DNA from: Mobula hypostoma
Taxonomy: Eukaryota
Length of the DNA: 64,000 bases
Direction: 5' to 3'
Assembly: GCF_963921235.1 (NCBI RefSeq)
Contig: NC_086097.1
Coordinates: 86,430,001 to 86,494,000 of the forward strand
Shown: positions 13,370 through 25,339 of the stretch, one piece after another
Layout of the letters: each line of letters begins with the position of its first letter
How positions within the stretch are numbered: position 1 is the stretch's first letter
Position numbers and translations under genes: made by a program
The notes under the pieces: model-generated
Told to the model about the DNA's origin: nothing
Seen by the model: only the letters and a program-made list of their open reading frames with translations
Databases searched by the model: none

Positions 13370-16300
13370 AGTCATTGTGTTTCTGTGGAACAGATGGACA
13401 TCTCAGATTGAGTCCTGAGCATTCTTAAGTGGGAGGGTGAGCAGCCAGATGTCGTGGTCCATGTAGGCACCAATGACATATGTAGGAAGTGAGATAAGGT
13501 TTTGCAAAGTGAGTTCAGGGATTTAGGTGCTAAGTTAAAAGTCTGGACCTCGAGAGCTGTGGTCTCAGGATTGCTAATGTGCCATATGCTTGCGAGCCCA
13601 GAGAAAGGAAGATTATACAGTTTAACACGTGGCTAAGAAATTGGTACAGGAGGGACAGCATCAGATTTTTAAATCATTGGGCTCTCTTCCAGGGAGGATG
13701 GGACCTGTACAGAAGGGACGGTTTGCGTCTGAACTGGAGGGGGACTGATATCCTAGTGGGATGGTTTGCTAGTGCTGCACGGGGGTGAGGTTTAAACTAA
13801 AGTTGAGGAGGATAGGAACTAGAGCGTGGAGAGGTTGTGGAGACAAATGCTGTTAAGACATCAGTCAAAGTCAGGAATCAAAAGGTTAAGCATGGTGTGA
13901 CTAATATCCTGAGTGCATATATCAATGCAGGAAGTATTGTGGGAAAGGTTGATCACCTCAGGGCATGGATCAACACATGGAAATATGACATTGTAGCCAT
14001 TAGTAGGACATGGTTGCAGGAGGGGCAGGATTGACAGTTCAATATTCCGGTGTTCTGTTGTCTTGTGTGCGACAGAGCAGGAGGGTTTAAAGGAGGAGGG
14101 CTAGGGTTACTAGTCAAGGAAAATGTCACAGCAGTGCTCAGTCAGGACAGACTGAAGAACTCATCTGGTGAGGCATTAACAGGTGAAATTGAGGAATAAG
14201 AAAGGTATGACAATGTTAATGGGGCTATATTACAGACCACCCGACTGTCCAAGGGATTTAGAGGAACAAAATTTGTAGCAAGATCGCAAACAGTTGCAAG
14301 GAACACAAGGGTGTTACAGCAGTTGTATTTAACTTTCCACACATTGACTGGGACTCCCATACTGTAAAAGGACTAGATGGGATAGAGTCTGTCAAATGCA
14401 TTCAGGAAAGTTTCCTTAATCAGCACGTAGAAGTCCCAAGGAGAGAGTGTACGATACTTGATTTGTTATTAGGGAATGAGACAGAAATTTGTGTCGGGGA
14501 ACACTTTGCATCCAGTGATCACAATGCCATTAGTTTCAAATTAAATATGCAAAAGAATGGGTCTGGTCCGCAGGTTGAGATTCTAAACTGGTGAAAGATC
14601 AATTTTGATGATATCAGAAAGGATCTGGCAAGTGTGGATTGGGACAGGCTGTTTTCTGGCAAAGGTGTTCTTGGTAAGCGGGAGGCCTTCAAAAGTGATA
14701 TTTAGAGAGTTCAAAGCTTGTACGTGCGTGTCAGAACGAAAGGTAAAGATAACAGATTTAGGAAGCCTTGGCTTTCAAGAGATATTGAGGTCCTGGTTAA
14801 GGAAAAAAACAGGAGGTGCATTCAAGATATAGGCAGGTAGGAACAAACGTGGTGCTTATGGAGTACAAGAAATGCAAGCGAACAGTTAAGAAAGGAATCA
14901 GGGGGGTGCCCTAGCAGATAAGGTGAAAGAGAATCCCAAGTGATTCTATAGACACAGGGCCCTAGTGGTAGGTGAGGTACTGGAGGATTGGAGGATAGCC
15001 AATGTTGTTCCACTGTTTAAGAAAGGCTTTAAAAATAAACCAGGAAATTGTAGGCTGGTGAGCTTGACATTAGTAGTGGGAAAGTTATGGGAAGGTATAG
15101 GAGGAACCGGATGCGTGAGTATTTGGATAGACATGGATAATCAGCATGACTTCATGTGTGGTATTTACTCAAAAAACCTTAAGAGTTTTTCGAGGAAACT
15201 ACCAGGAAAGTTGATAAAGACAAGGCAGTGGATGCTGTCTACATGGATTTTAGGAAACCATTTGACAAAGTTCCACATGGGAAGTTGGTCAAGAAGGTGC
15301 AGTTGCTTGGCATTCAAGAGGTGGTAGTAAGTTGGATTAGACGTTGGTTTTGGGGGAGAAGCCAGATGGTTGCCTCACTGACTAGAGGCCTGTGACTGCA
15401 GGGATTGGTACTGGATCCATTTGTCATCTATGTCAATAATCTGGATGACAATGAGGTAAATCGGATCAGCAAATTTGCAGATGACACCAAATTTGGGAGT
15501 GTAGTGGACAGCGAGAAAGACTATCTTAGCTTGCAGTGGGACTTGGACCAGCTGGAAAAAATAGACTGAAAATGGCAGATGGAATTTAATGAAGACAGGT
15601 GCAAGATGTTGCACTTCAGTAGGATCAACAAGGTTAGGTGTTACACAGTGAATGTTCGGGCACTATGGAGTGCAGTAGAACAAAGGGATCTGGGAATACA
15701 GGTCCATAATTCATTGAAAGTGGTGTCATGGATAGGTTTGTAAAGAAAGGTTTTGACACATTGCCTTCATAAATCAAAGTATTGTGTACAGGAGATGGGA
15801 TGTTATGTTAAAGTTGTATTGGTGAGGCCTAATTTGGAGTATTGTGCGCAGTTTTGCTCACCTACTTACAGGAAAGATGTAAATAATGTTGAAAGAGTAA
15901 AATGAAAATTTACAAAGATGTTGCTGACACTGGAGAACCTTAGTTATAAGGAAAGATTAAATAGGTTAGGACTTTGTTCCTTGAAACATAGAAGACTGAA
16001 GGGAAATCTGATAATGGTATACAAAATTATGAGCGGTATAGATAGGTAAGTGCAAGCAGGCTTTTTCCGCTGAGGATGGGTGGGACAACAACTAGAACTC
16101 CTGGGTTGAGGGTGAAAGATGAAAAGTTTAGGGGAACATGAAGGGAAACTTCTTTACTTAGAGGGTCGTGAGGGTGTGGAATGAGCTGCCAGCATAAATG
16201 GTGCATATGAGCTCTATTTCAAGGTTTAAGAGAAGTTTGGATAGGTACATGGATGGTAGGGATATGGAGGGCTGTGGTACTGGTGCAGGTCAATGGAACT

Positions 16301-16378
16301 AGGCAGTTTAAATGGTTTGGCATAGCTAGATGGGCCGAAGGGCCTGTTTCTGAGCTGTACTCTTATTTGACTCTATGG
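13370..16378 (+). mobile_element. Degenerate CR1 LINE: ORF1 SGNH esterase remnant, ORF2 APE/RT with deletions, and tail
   Basis: VVVHVGTND, NTWLRNW..DGLRLN, INAGSIVGK, WRIANVVPLFKKG, KFADDTK; ends in tgactctatg. Confidence 0.9.
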
Positions 16379-16643
16379 GTGGACTGATCAATTTTCCTGC
16401 TACCCTCCACTGCTAAAGGTTGGCCCTGCTTTGAAGCCTAGTGAGTGGGAGGTCACAAAGATGAAAATCAGGGAGAATTAGGGGAATTTAATAGTTTGGA
16501 AGTATGAGGGACCTGAAGTGTGGGATGGCTGTGGAAGTATGAATAAAGGCTGGCATGGAAACTACATTAGGTGAGCACTCTATTTCTATCATGAATACAG
16601 TTTAGTCATTGCTGCCAATTCCAAAACAATAATGAGTTCCTAC

Positions 16644-17423
16644 CTGTCGCAATGGAGCCTACAGTACCAGTGGACGTTGTGGAGTTCAGAGTCTGGGGAA
16701 TCTGTTTAATGGCCCCATCAGAAGGAGTCCTTCTGTGACCCCGGTGTGCGGTGGTGCTGTTTGTTGTCACGTGAGTTGGGGTCAATGATTGTTTTGGGTC
16801 CCTCTTGAAGCGTTCAATGGTTATGTCTACTAAAGGATGATGAGTAATAAACACAGAGTTGTCGTCCATTGAACTTGGCGTTGTGGGCATCTCGTACACC
16901 ACCAGCTCATCACTGTCTGAACGCAGCAAAGACCTTGTGGAGTTGCATTCAGAAATGGAGGACAGTGAAAGCAGCGTCAATGAGGATGGAATGACAAATT
17001 CTTCATTCTTGAAGATCTTCCGAGATGGAGGGCTGATGCTCCGTCGCAGTCGGGTGGTGCGCTGGAAGATGCCCTCCTTCCTTTTCTTCTCTTCCTTAGG
17101 TTCGACAGCTTCTTGTAAAACATGGCATTTTCCCAGCTCCAGCAAATCAAACCCCAAAGCCACTGCTGCCAAGACAGCACCACAACCCAGGAGGACCAGG
17201 TCACACTTCTTCCTTTGTGAGCTGCGTTTATAGCTGTTAGTGGGGGTGTGCTGCGGGGTGCTGGTGGCAGAGTTCACTGGAGTCGGTTCCTCATTGTTGT
17301 CACTAACACCAGCCTCGCATTCATCATTACAGTAGAAAGGTAAAGAGAGGTAGGACTGGTTGGGAAAAGCACACTTCTGCAACCTAGGGTCACAATCCTT
17401 CATTACATTCCCATCTTCATGTT
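16644..17423 (-). CDS. MAP3K9: MAP3K9 penultimate large exon (EHEDG...EEPTPVNSATSTPQ...LLGCGAVLA...SLSSISECNSTRSLLRSDSDE...HRRTPSDGAIK...IAT), 780 bp
   Basis: Lies in ORF 16606..17487. Acceptor tctccttttctgcag, donor ACAG|gtagg. Symmetric phase 1. Confidence 0.95.
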
Positions 17424-17965
17424 CTGCAGAAAAGGAGAAGGATCTATGAATCTGCATTGCTTCAGAATAAGTGTTTTCATCTTTCATATTACAGGCAGTT
17501 TACTCAGTCAGCTTCTGAATCATATTATAGCTGATCTAAGCATTTGTCATGCTTCACATCTATTTCAGCAATTGTAATATTTTTACAACATAAAGATTCT
17601 TATTTGAAACCCAACGTCATCCATAATCTTTTGGACAAGAGAATTCCATTTTTTCAATAACCACCAACGGGTAAAAGAAGTGCTTCTGATTCTCACTGCA
17701 AATATTTCAAGATTCCCTTATGAGGGAAAATGTCTTCTCCATTGCAATAACATAAATGTAAATATTTGATCAGATCACCATTCAGTCCCACCCAATTTAA
17801 ACACAAGGGAAAATGTCAAGTTAAGCATAATTTGACCCATGTTGTCCCAGTACTATTATGGCAAATCTGTGTACTGTCAAGAAACAATACATCTTTCCAG
17901 ATGTGCTAAAAATTCAAAGTGGTATTCCAGTTCCATTCTTATATTTTCTCTGTACATGAAACATA

Positions 17966-19477
17966 CAGTACTGTGCTCGAGTCTTAGGCACCATAAATTT
18001 TTTATATAAATTTTGTTTCAGGTGTATTTTTCTGTCTTCTGCATTAGTATGTCAGTAGAAAAGAGCAAATTTTAGATTCCAAACACTCATTTTCCAAACA
18101 AAATGTTACAGAGAATTTTTTGTATTTTTTTTTAAAGAAAGTAACATTAGGTAATAGACCACCTTTCAAATAAAGTCTTGATTACTTTGTAGGTAGCCCA
18201 GTGCATGACTAAACAAAGATACAAACAGGATGCTAATGAGTTGAATGAACTAAACTAATGGGAGAAGGAATCAAACTGGGTGAAGGACAACCAAACTAGT
18301 AGGTGAGGGTGTAGCAGATGTGACAGTTTAACCTTCAAATCATCAGATCTTACATCATGGCAAGAGTGAGCGCAGCAACAAGACACAAGGTGGTCATCCT
18401 ACATCAGCAAGGTCTTTCCCAAGCAGAAATTTTCCAGCAGACAGGCGATTCAAGATGTGCTGTCCAAACTCTTCTGAAGAAGCACAAAGAAATGGGCAAG
18501 GTTGAGGACGAAAAACACAGTGGTCGGCCTTAGAAAATGAGTGCAGCAGATGAGAGATACATCAAACAGATGTCCTTTCCAAATCAGAAAAAGTCCAGCA
18601 GTGCCATCAGCTCTGAACTCACAAAAACCACAGGAACCCAAGCACGTCCTCTACAGTCCGGATAAGTCATGACTTTAGTGGTCGTCATGGAAGAGTTGCC
18701 ACCAAAAACATATTTCTCCAAAGTGAAAACAAAACCAAGGCTCACCCACACACAAGAACACAAGGACTAGGGTGCTGAACAATGGCAACAAGTGCTCTGG
18801 ACTGACGAGTCAAAATTTAATTTTTAGGTTCAAACAGTTTGTCCATTGAAGAGCTGGAGAGTGCTACAAGGATGAGTGTCTGTAGACGACAGTGAAGCAT
18901 GGTTGAGGTTTCCTGCAGGTTTTGGGCTGCATTTCTGCAAATGGAGTTGATAATTCAGTCAGAATTAATGGAATCCTCAGTCCTGAGAAGTACAAGCAGA
19001 TTTTCATCCATCACGCTATACCATCAGGGAGGTATCTGATCGGTCCCAGCTTCATTCTGCAGCAGGACAATGACCCCAAACAATGGCCAAGGTCACAAAG
19101 AACTGCCTTCAGTGAAAAGAAGAACGATGACTTCTGCAGCAGATGGTATGGCCTCCACAGAGCCTTGATCTCAACATTATCAAGGCTGTCTGGGATACCT
19201 GGAGAATTAGAAGCAAGCAAGGCAGCCCAAGTTTGCGGAAGAATTGTGGCAAATTCTTCAGGATACTTGGAACAATCTACCAGCCAATTTTCATACCCAA
19301 GAGAATTGATGTAGCTTTAAAGAAAAAGAGGATCACACCAAATATTGTTTTTTACTGCGTGCTGGTCTTTATAGTAATTATTTTGACATTTAGGAACTTT
19401 TCATTTCAATATTTTTGAAAGCATCTTCGCTTCACAGATTTTTTTTTACACGTGCCCAAGACTTTCTCTCAACATTG
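17966..19477 (+). mobile_element. Tc1-family DNA transposon, full length (~1.5 kb), defective
   Basis: TA flanks (17964-17965 and 19478-19479). Imperfect 26-bp TIRs CAGTACTGTGCTCGAGTCTTAGGCAC / GTGCCCAAGACTTTCTCTCAACATTG. Transposase from ATG 18357 with WTDESKF, QQDNDPK and WPPQSLDLNII, broken by frameshifts. Confidence 0.9.
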
Positions 19478-19564
19478 TATTTTTGATATAAAATCTACCA
19501 TACCATTATCTTTGTGATCTGTCTTAATGTTTCCAACTCTGTTTTGGTTTAACATCTTCTTAAG

Positions 19565-21885
19565 AGGCTACAGCATACTTAGACAAGGTAAGAGGTGGAG
19601 GGGTCTGCTTACTAATCTACTCATTGTGCTTAAGTGTTATGGTCCTGGCAGGTTCATGCTTATCTGACTTGGAATATCTGATAATTAAGGGCTGCCCATT
19701 CTACCTACCATGTGTGTTCACCAGCTGCCCTGATGGCAGATGACTTCATACGCCAGGTGGGTATGAAGCCTTTGCTCAATATACTCCATGAAGCATAGCC
19801 TTGAAACAGGACACACTGAGCCCCTGTTCATCCTTGCTGGCAACCTCAACCAGGCCAACTTTAAGAATGTTAAATCAAATCAAGTTTAATTGTCATTCAA
19901 ACTATACATGGATATGGCCAAATGAGACAGCATTCCTCTGAGGCCAAGGTGCAAAAACATACACGCCCATTCAAAATAATGAGAAAGGGGAAAAAAAGAA
20001 CATAGTCTAGTAAGAAAACACATTTTAAGTCCAAGACTCTGAGCAACAAGTCCCACAAATTGATGGCCAGCCTGTAATTCCACCAATCCAACACTGGAGG
20101 GCAGCACTGATGGAAGAGACCACCCCCAACTGAGCCCAGACACCAGACTGCAACCTGCACCTTAAGCCCTAGTCCGCGCTACAACTGAGGCAACACAGCT
20201 GCTTCGCTGCCTGTCTCTCCACCAAAGAAAGGAAGCAGGCCTTTGACAATCAATGTTCATCAGGGTCTTGTGATCGCAAAAGAAATGTCCAAGGCAGTCA
20301 CTCGAGCATACATCGCTGGCGATCAACTAGAGCTCAAGAAAAGCAGCTGTGATCTGCACAAAGCTATCAAGGCTGCAAAACAACAATATAGGGAGAAGAT
20401 TAAGACAAGATTCACAATGAATAGCACACGTGACTTGTGGTGACAGTTGCATACCATCGCAGACTTCAAATCCAAATGTTGTGGTGCCGCCAACATCGCG
20501 GCCTCTCTCCCAGATGAGCTCAATCGCTTTTATGCTCAGTTCGATGTCGCTAACTCTGAGCCTCCGAGGAAAGCCACCACTACAACCTGCAAACTGGTCA
20601 TCTCTGAGGCTGAGGTACGCAGATGTTTCCAATGAGTGGACAGTCGCAAGGCTGCGGGACCAGACGGCATCCCAAGGTGAGTACTCAGGATGTGTGCAGC
20701 ACAACTGGCAGGTGTGTTTACTGACATTTTTAATCTCTCCCTCTCCCAGTGTAGAGTGCCCTCCTGCTTCAAATTATCCACCATTGTCCCTGTACCAAAA
20801 AAGACCAAGGTAACATGCCTGAATGACTGGCGTCCTGTTGCACTCACCTCAATAATAAGCAAATGCTTTGACAGGCTGGTCAAGGATTACATCTGCAGCT
20901 TGCTACCAACCAAACTGGACCCCCTACAATTCGCCTACCTAAGCAACCAATAATAGAGATGAGGCAATAGCCACAGCTCTACACACCGTCCTTACACATC
21001 TGGAGAAGAAGGATGCTTATGTGAGAATGCTGTTCTCGGACTACAGTTCAGCAGTCAACACCATAGTTCCCTCCAAGCTCGACAAGAAGCTTAGAGACCT
21101 CGGCCTTCACCCTGCCTTGTGCAGCTGGATCCTGGACTTCCTGTCAGATCACCAGCAGGTTGTAAGAGTGGGCTCCCTCAGCTCCAACCCTCTGACTCTC
21201 AATACAGGAGTCCCTCAGGGCTGTGTATTGACTCCCCTCCTTTACTCCCTGTATACTCATGACTGTATCGCCACCCGCAGTTCCAATCTGCTAATTAAAT
21301 TTTCCAATGACACTACATTGATTGGCCTTATCTCAAACAATAATAAGGTGGCCTACAGGGATGAAGTCATCTCTCTGACACAGTGGTGTCAAGAAAACAA
21401 CCCCTCCCTCAATATCGCAAAAACAAAGGAGCTGGTTGGTGATTACAGGCGGAATGGAGACTGGCTAACCCCTATTGACATCAATGGATCTGGGGTTGAG
21501 AGGGTAAATAGCTTCAAGTTCTTCGGCATCCAAATCACTGAGGACCTCACGTGCTCTGTACACACCAGCTGTGTGGTGAGAAAGGCACAACAGCGCCTCC
21601 TTCACCTCCGACATTTGAGGAAGTTTGGTATGGGCCCTCAAATCCTAAGAACTTTCTACAGGGGCACAATTGAGAGCATCCTGACTAGCTGCATCACTGC
21701 TTAGTACAGGAACTGTACCTTCCTTAATCGCAGAACTCTGCACAGAGTGGTGCAGACAGCCCAGTGCATCTGTAGTTGTGAACTTCCCATGATTAAGGAC
21801 ACTTACAAGGACAGGTGTGTAAAAAGGGCCCATAGGATCATTGGGGACCCAAGTCATCCCAACCACAATCTATTCCAGCTTCTGA
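19565..21885 (+). mobile_element. Rex1/Babar-clade LINE, defective, with an unrelated ~400-bp segment at ~19880-20290
   Basis: RT motifs [38 protein letters not shown] and KFSNDTT (ORFs 20690..20953 and 21021..21704). Confidence 0.88.
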
Positions 21886-21999
21886 TATCCATAGAAATCA
21901 AATTACTATGATAGCACATGGCACATTTAGATGGAGATATAACATGAAGATTATTTCTTACATCCTTCACATACATGAGAAGTAAAAAAGTCAATTCAA

Positions 22000-24410
22000 T
22001 TGAATTCAGTAGACTGGTCTCTGTTCAAAGACATAACAGCCAATCTGAATGAGTATGTCACTAACATCACAAACTTTTAGCAGCAAGTGTGTAGAGGACT
22101 GTGTGCGAAAGACGTCAGTTCGGATGTTCCCAAACTGGAAATCATGAATGAACCAAGAGATCTACTTTCTAATGAAGTCCAGGTCCGCAGGGTTCAAACT
22201 GGATGATGCTCATCTGCATAAGAAATCGAAATACAACCTGCATAAAGCTAACAGAGAGATAACAGTAGCCATTAGTAGTACAGATCCAAGACCCAGACCA
22301 GCCACCAGTTGTAGCAAGGCTTGCATGCCACCATGGGCTACAAAATGAAGTTGTGCAGCATTGCTGATAACAGCACATCCCTCCCCAATACGCTTGATGC
22401 ATTCTATGTATGTTTTGAAAAGGTGATTGGACTGTCGCCACTTTCCCCAACAGCCTCCAATGACCTAAACCAACAGACATCATTGTGGACATCAGATCAG
22501 ACTTCCACAGAGTGAACCTATGGCAAGCCCAGATGTAGTTGCTCCCTTAGATCCTGTGCAGATCAGCTGGCAGGAGTATTTGCAAACATTTATAATCTCT
22601 CCCTGCTTCGATCCGAGGTTTCCACCTGCTTTAAAAAGATCACTATCATTCCAGTACCCAAGAACAAAAAGGTAAATGTGATAGCATGGCACTATGACAC
22701 CAACCTTTCTCTCAATGCCAGCAAAAGAAAAGAGAATTGACTTCAGGAAGCGAGGCAGAACACATGCTTCTGTTTACATCAATGATGCTGAGGTTGAGAG
22801 CTTCAACTTTCCGTGAGTAAACTTTTCTAACAGGTTGTCATGGTCCAACCACATAATGCCATGGCCTAGAAAGAATATCCACACTTCTAATTCATCAGTA
22901 AGATGAAGAAATTTGGGACGTCCCAACTGACTCTCACCAACCTGCATCGATGCACAATGGAAAACTTCCTATCTAGATGCATCTTGGCTTGGTATGGCAA
23001 CTACTCTGTCCAAGACCACAAGAGACTGCAGGAAGTTGTGGACACAGCTCAGCACATCACAAAAGCCAGCGTCCCCTCTGTGGACTCTGCTTACATTTCT
23101 TGCTGCTTCAGAAAAACACCCAATATAACTACAGACTCCTCCTACCCCAGACCTTCTCTATTCTTCCCTCCTTCCACCAGGCAAAAGACAAAAAAAGGCC
23201 GGAAAGCAAGTTCAACCAGGCTCAAGAACAGCTTCTATCCTCCTGTTAAAAGACTATCAAATGAATTTCTTGCACAAGATAGTTGGAGGAGCAGGTAGTT
23301 TTGAGGAAGTAGAGGCGCTACAGAATGACTTAAACAGATTAGGACAATGGGCAAAGAAAGGGCAGATGGAATACAGTGTTGGGAAGTGTATGGTCATGCG
23401 CTTCGGTAGAAGAAATTAAAGGGTAAACTATTTTCTAAGTGGAGAGAAAATACAAAAAACTGAGATGCAAAGGGATTTGGGAGTCTTTGTGCAGGATTCT
23501 CTAAAGGTTAATTTGCAGGTTGAGTCTGTGGGGAGGAAGGCAAATACAATGCAAGCATTCATTTCAAGAGGACTAGAATATAAAAGCAAGGATGTGATGT
23601 CGAAAACTTATGAAGCACTGGTGAGGTCTCACTTGGGGTATTGGGAGCAGGTTTGGGCCCCTTATCTTAGAAAGGATGTGCTGAAACTGGACAGGATTCA
23701 AAGAAGGTTCATGAAAGTGATTCCAGGATTGAATGGCTTGTCATATGAAGAGCATCTGATGGCACTGGGCCTGTATTCACTTGAATTCAGAAGAATGAGG
23801 GGTGACCTCATTGAAACCTATTGAATGCTGAAAGGCCTTGATACCGTGGATGTGGAAAGGGTGTTTCCTATGGTGGGAGAATTTAAGACCAGAGGACGTA
23901 GCCTTAGAATAGAGGGGTGTCTTTTTAGAACAGAGATGAGGAGGAATTTCTTTAGCCAGAGAGTGGTGAATCTGTGGAATTTTTTTGCCACAGGCAGCTG
24001 TGGAGGCTAAGCCTTTATGTATACTTAAGGCAGAGATTAATAGATTCTTGACTGGTCAGGGCATGAAGGGATATGGGGAGAAGGCAAGAGATTGAGACCA
24101 AGAGGAAAATTGTATCAGCCATGATGAAATGGCAGACCAGATTCAAGGGGCCAAAAGACCTAATTCTGCTCCTATACCTAATGGGCTATGGTCACAACAG
24201 GATGTACTCTTAACCTCATTTTTTACTTTGTCGCGACCTTGCAACTTATTGTCTATCTGCACTGCACATTCCCTGCAATTGTAACACTATATTCTGTATT
24301 ATATTAATGTTTCCCTTTATACTGCCTTGATGTTCAGATGTGATCCAAATATGCATGATATGCAAAACATCATTTTTCATTGCACATGTGACAATAATAA
24401 ACCAATTGCC
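22000..24410 (+). mobile_element. Second Rex1/Babar LINE remnant, split by a CR1 insertion at ~23277-24195
   Basis: ORF 22903..23298 (TRLKNSFYP); the tail resumes after 24195 and ends in tgacaataataaacc. Confidence 0.7.
23277..24195 (+). mobile_element. 5'-truncated CR1 LINE
   Basis: ORFs 23465..23824 and 23825..24010 (RRMRGDLIETY, FFSQRVVNLWN). Confidence 0.9.
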
Positions 24411-24508
24411 ATGCAGATCTCTGCCCTCTCCAATCAGAACAGGTGTGCCAATATATTGGATCACATTTTTATTTGGAAAAGGGGAAGAGGAATCTGAAAC
24501 TACCTCAC

Positions 24509-24978
24509 GGGGCATTGTGCATTAAACAAAATATTGAAAATGATAGGGAAACACCAGACAGGATTGTGTGAGGAATGTCAGGAAGAGGAGTCAGTAGAAC
24601 ATGTAGTTTTGTGTTGCAGGAAGTATGGGATACAGAGAGAGATGATGAGAATTGAATTAAGGGAGTTGGGGGTGCAGGAATTCACATTAAAAGGGTTGCT
24701 GGGCATGGGTGAGAGAGCACAAGTCCAGGTACTTTTCGCGTTTTTAAGGGGTACAGGGGTTTTTTTATATGATATGACGGATAAACAGGAATAGGGTACT
24801 AGGATGGTCAAAGATGGAAAGGTAAAGTGTAGGTTTGTGTGTGTGTGTGTGTGCGCGCGCGATTGGGTGAAGGGATTTAGAATGTATGTCTAGTGCACAT
24901 TCTGGAGCAGAGGGTGGCGGTAATGCACCATTAAGCTGGATGCCAACCGCCATAAAGCAAGATACAGACAGACAGACA
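24509..24978 (+). mobile_element. 5'-truncated I/Nimb-like LINE 3' end with 13-bp TSD
   Basis: GHCALN...CEEC-x7-H-x4-C zinc knuckle and (CAGA)n tail. TSD gaaactacctcac at 24496-24508 and 24979-24991. Confidence 0.8.
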
Positions 24979-25257
24979 GAAACTACCTCACATGTTTACT
25001 GTAGAGCACTGCTCAAATAAAAAGGCACTTGTTTAAAAGTCAGGAGAAGATAATGAAATGGGTCCTTTGCTTTAAGTTATCTAGCAAGGTAACAGGGTGG
25101 TGTAGTAAAATTATTGAAGCAATGGAATCAAGAGAAAACGCTGAAAATTTGAAGAAACTGCTAAGACTTTACCTTCTCCGATATTAACTTGAGTTTAGAC
25201 TTCAAAACACTATAAAAGCCATAGGCAAACAAGAGAAGATCTATAGATGTTGATATC

Positions 25258-25339
25258 CAAGCAACACACACAAAATGCTGGAGGAATTCAGCAGGCTAGG
25301 CAGTATCTGTGGAAAAGAAGTACAGTTGACGTTTCAAGC
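25258..25339. mobile_element. Left half of a palindromic Penelope-terminus-derived mini-element, split by the CR1 insertion
   Basis: caacacacacaaaatgctggagga...gacgtttc continues at 29797 with aagccaagaccc. Confidence 0.75.

Noticed and set aside
16859..17233. Plus-strand ORFs opposite exons (also 8945..9268, 49297..49656, 49768..50040, 63176..63535)
   Set aside because: Antisense shadows of MAP3K9 coding exons with no independent protein signature.
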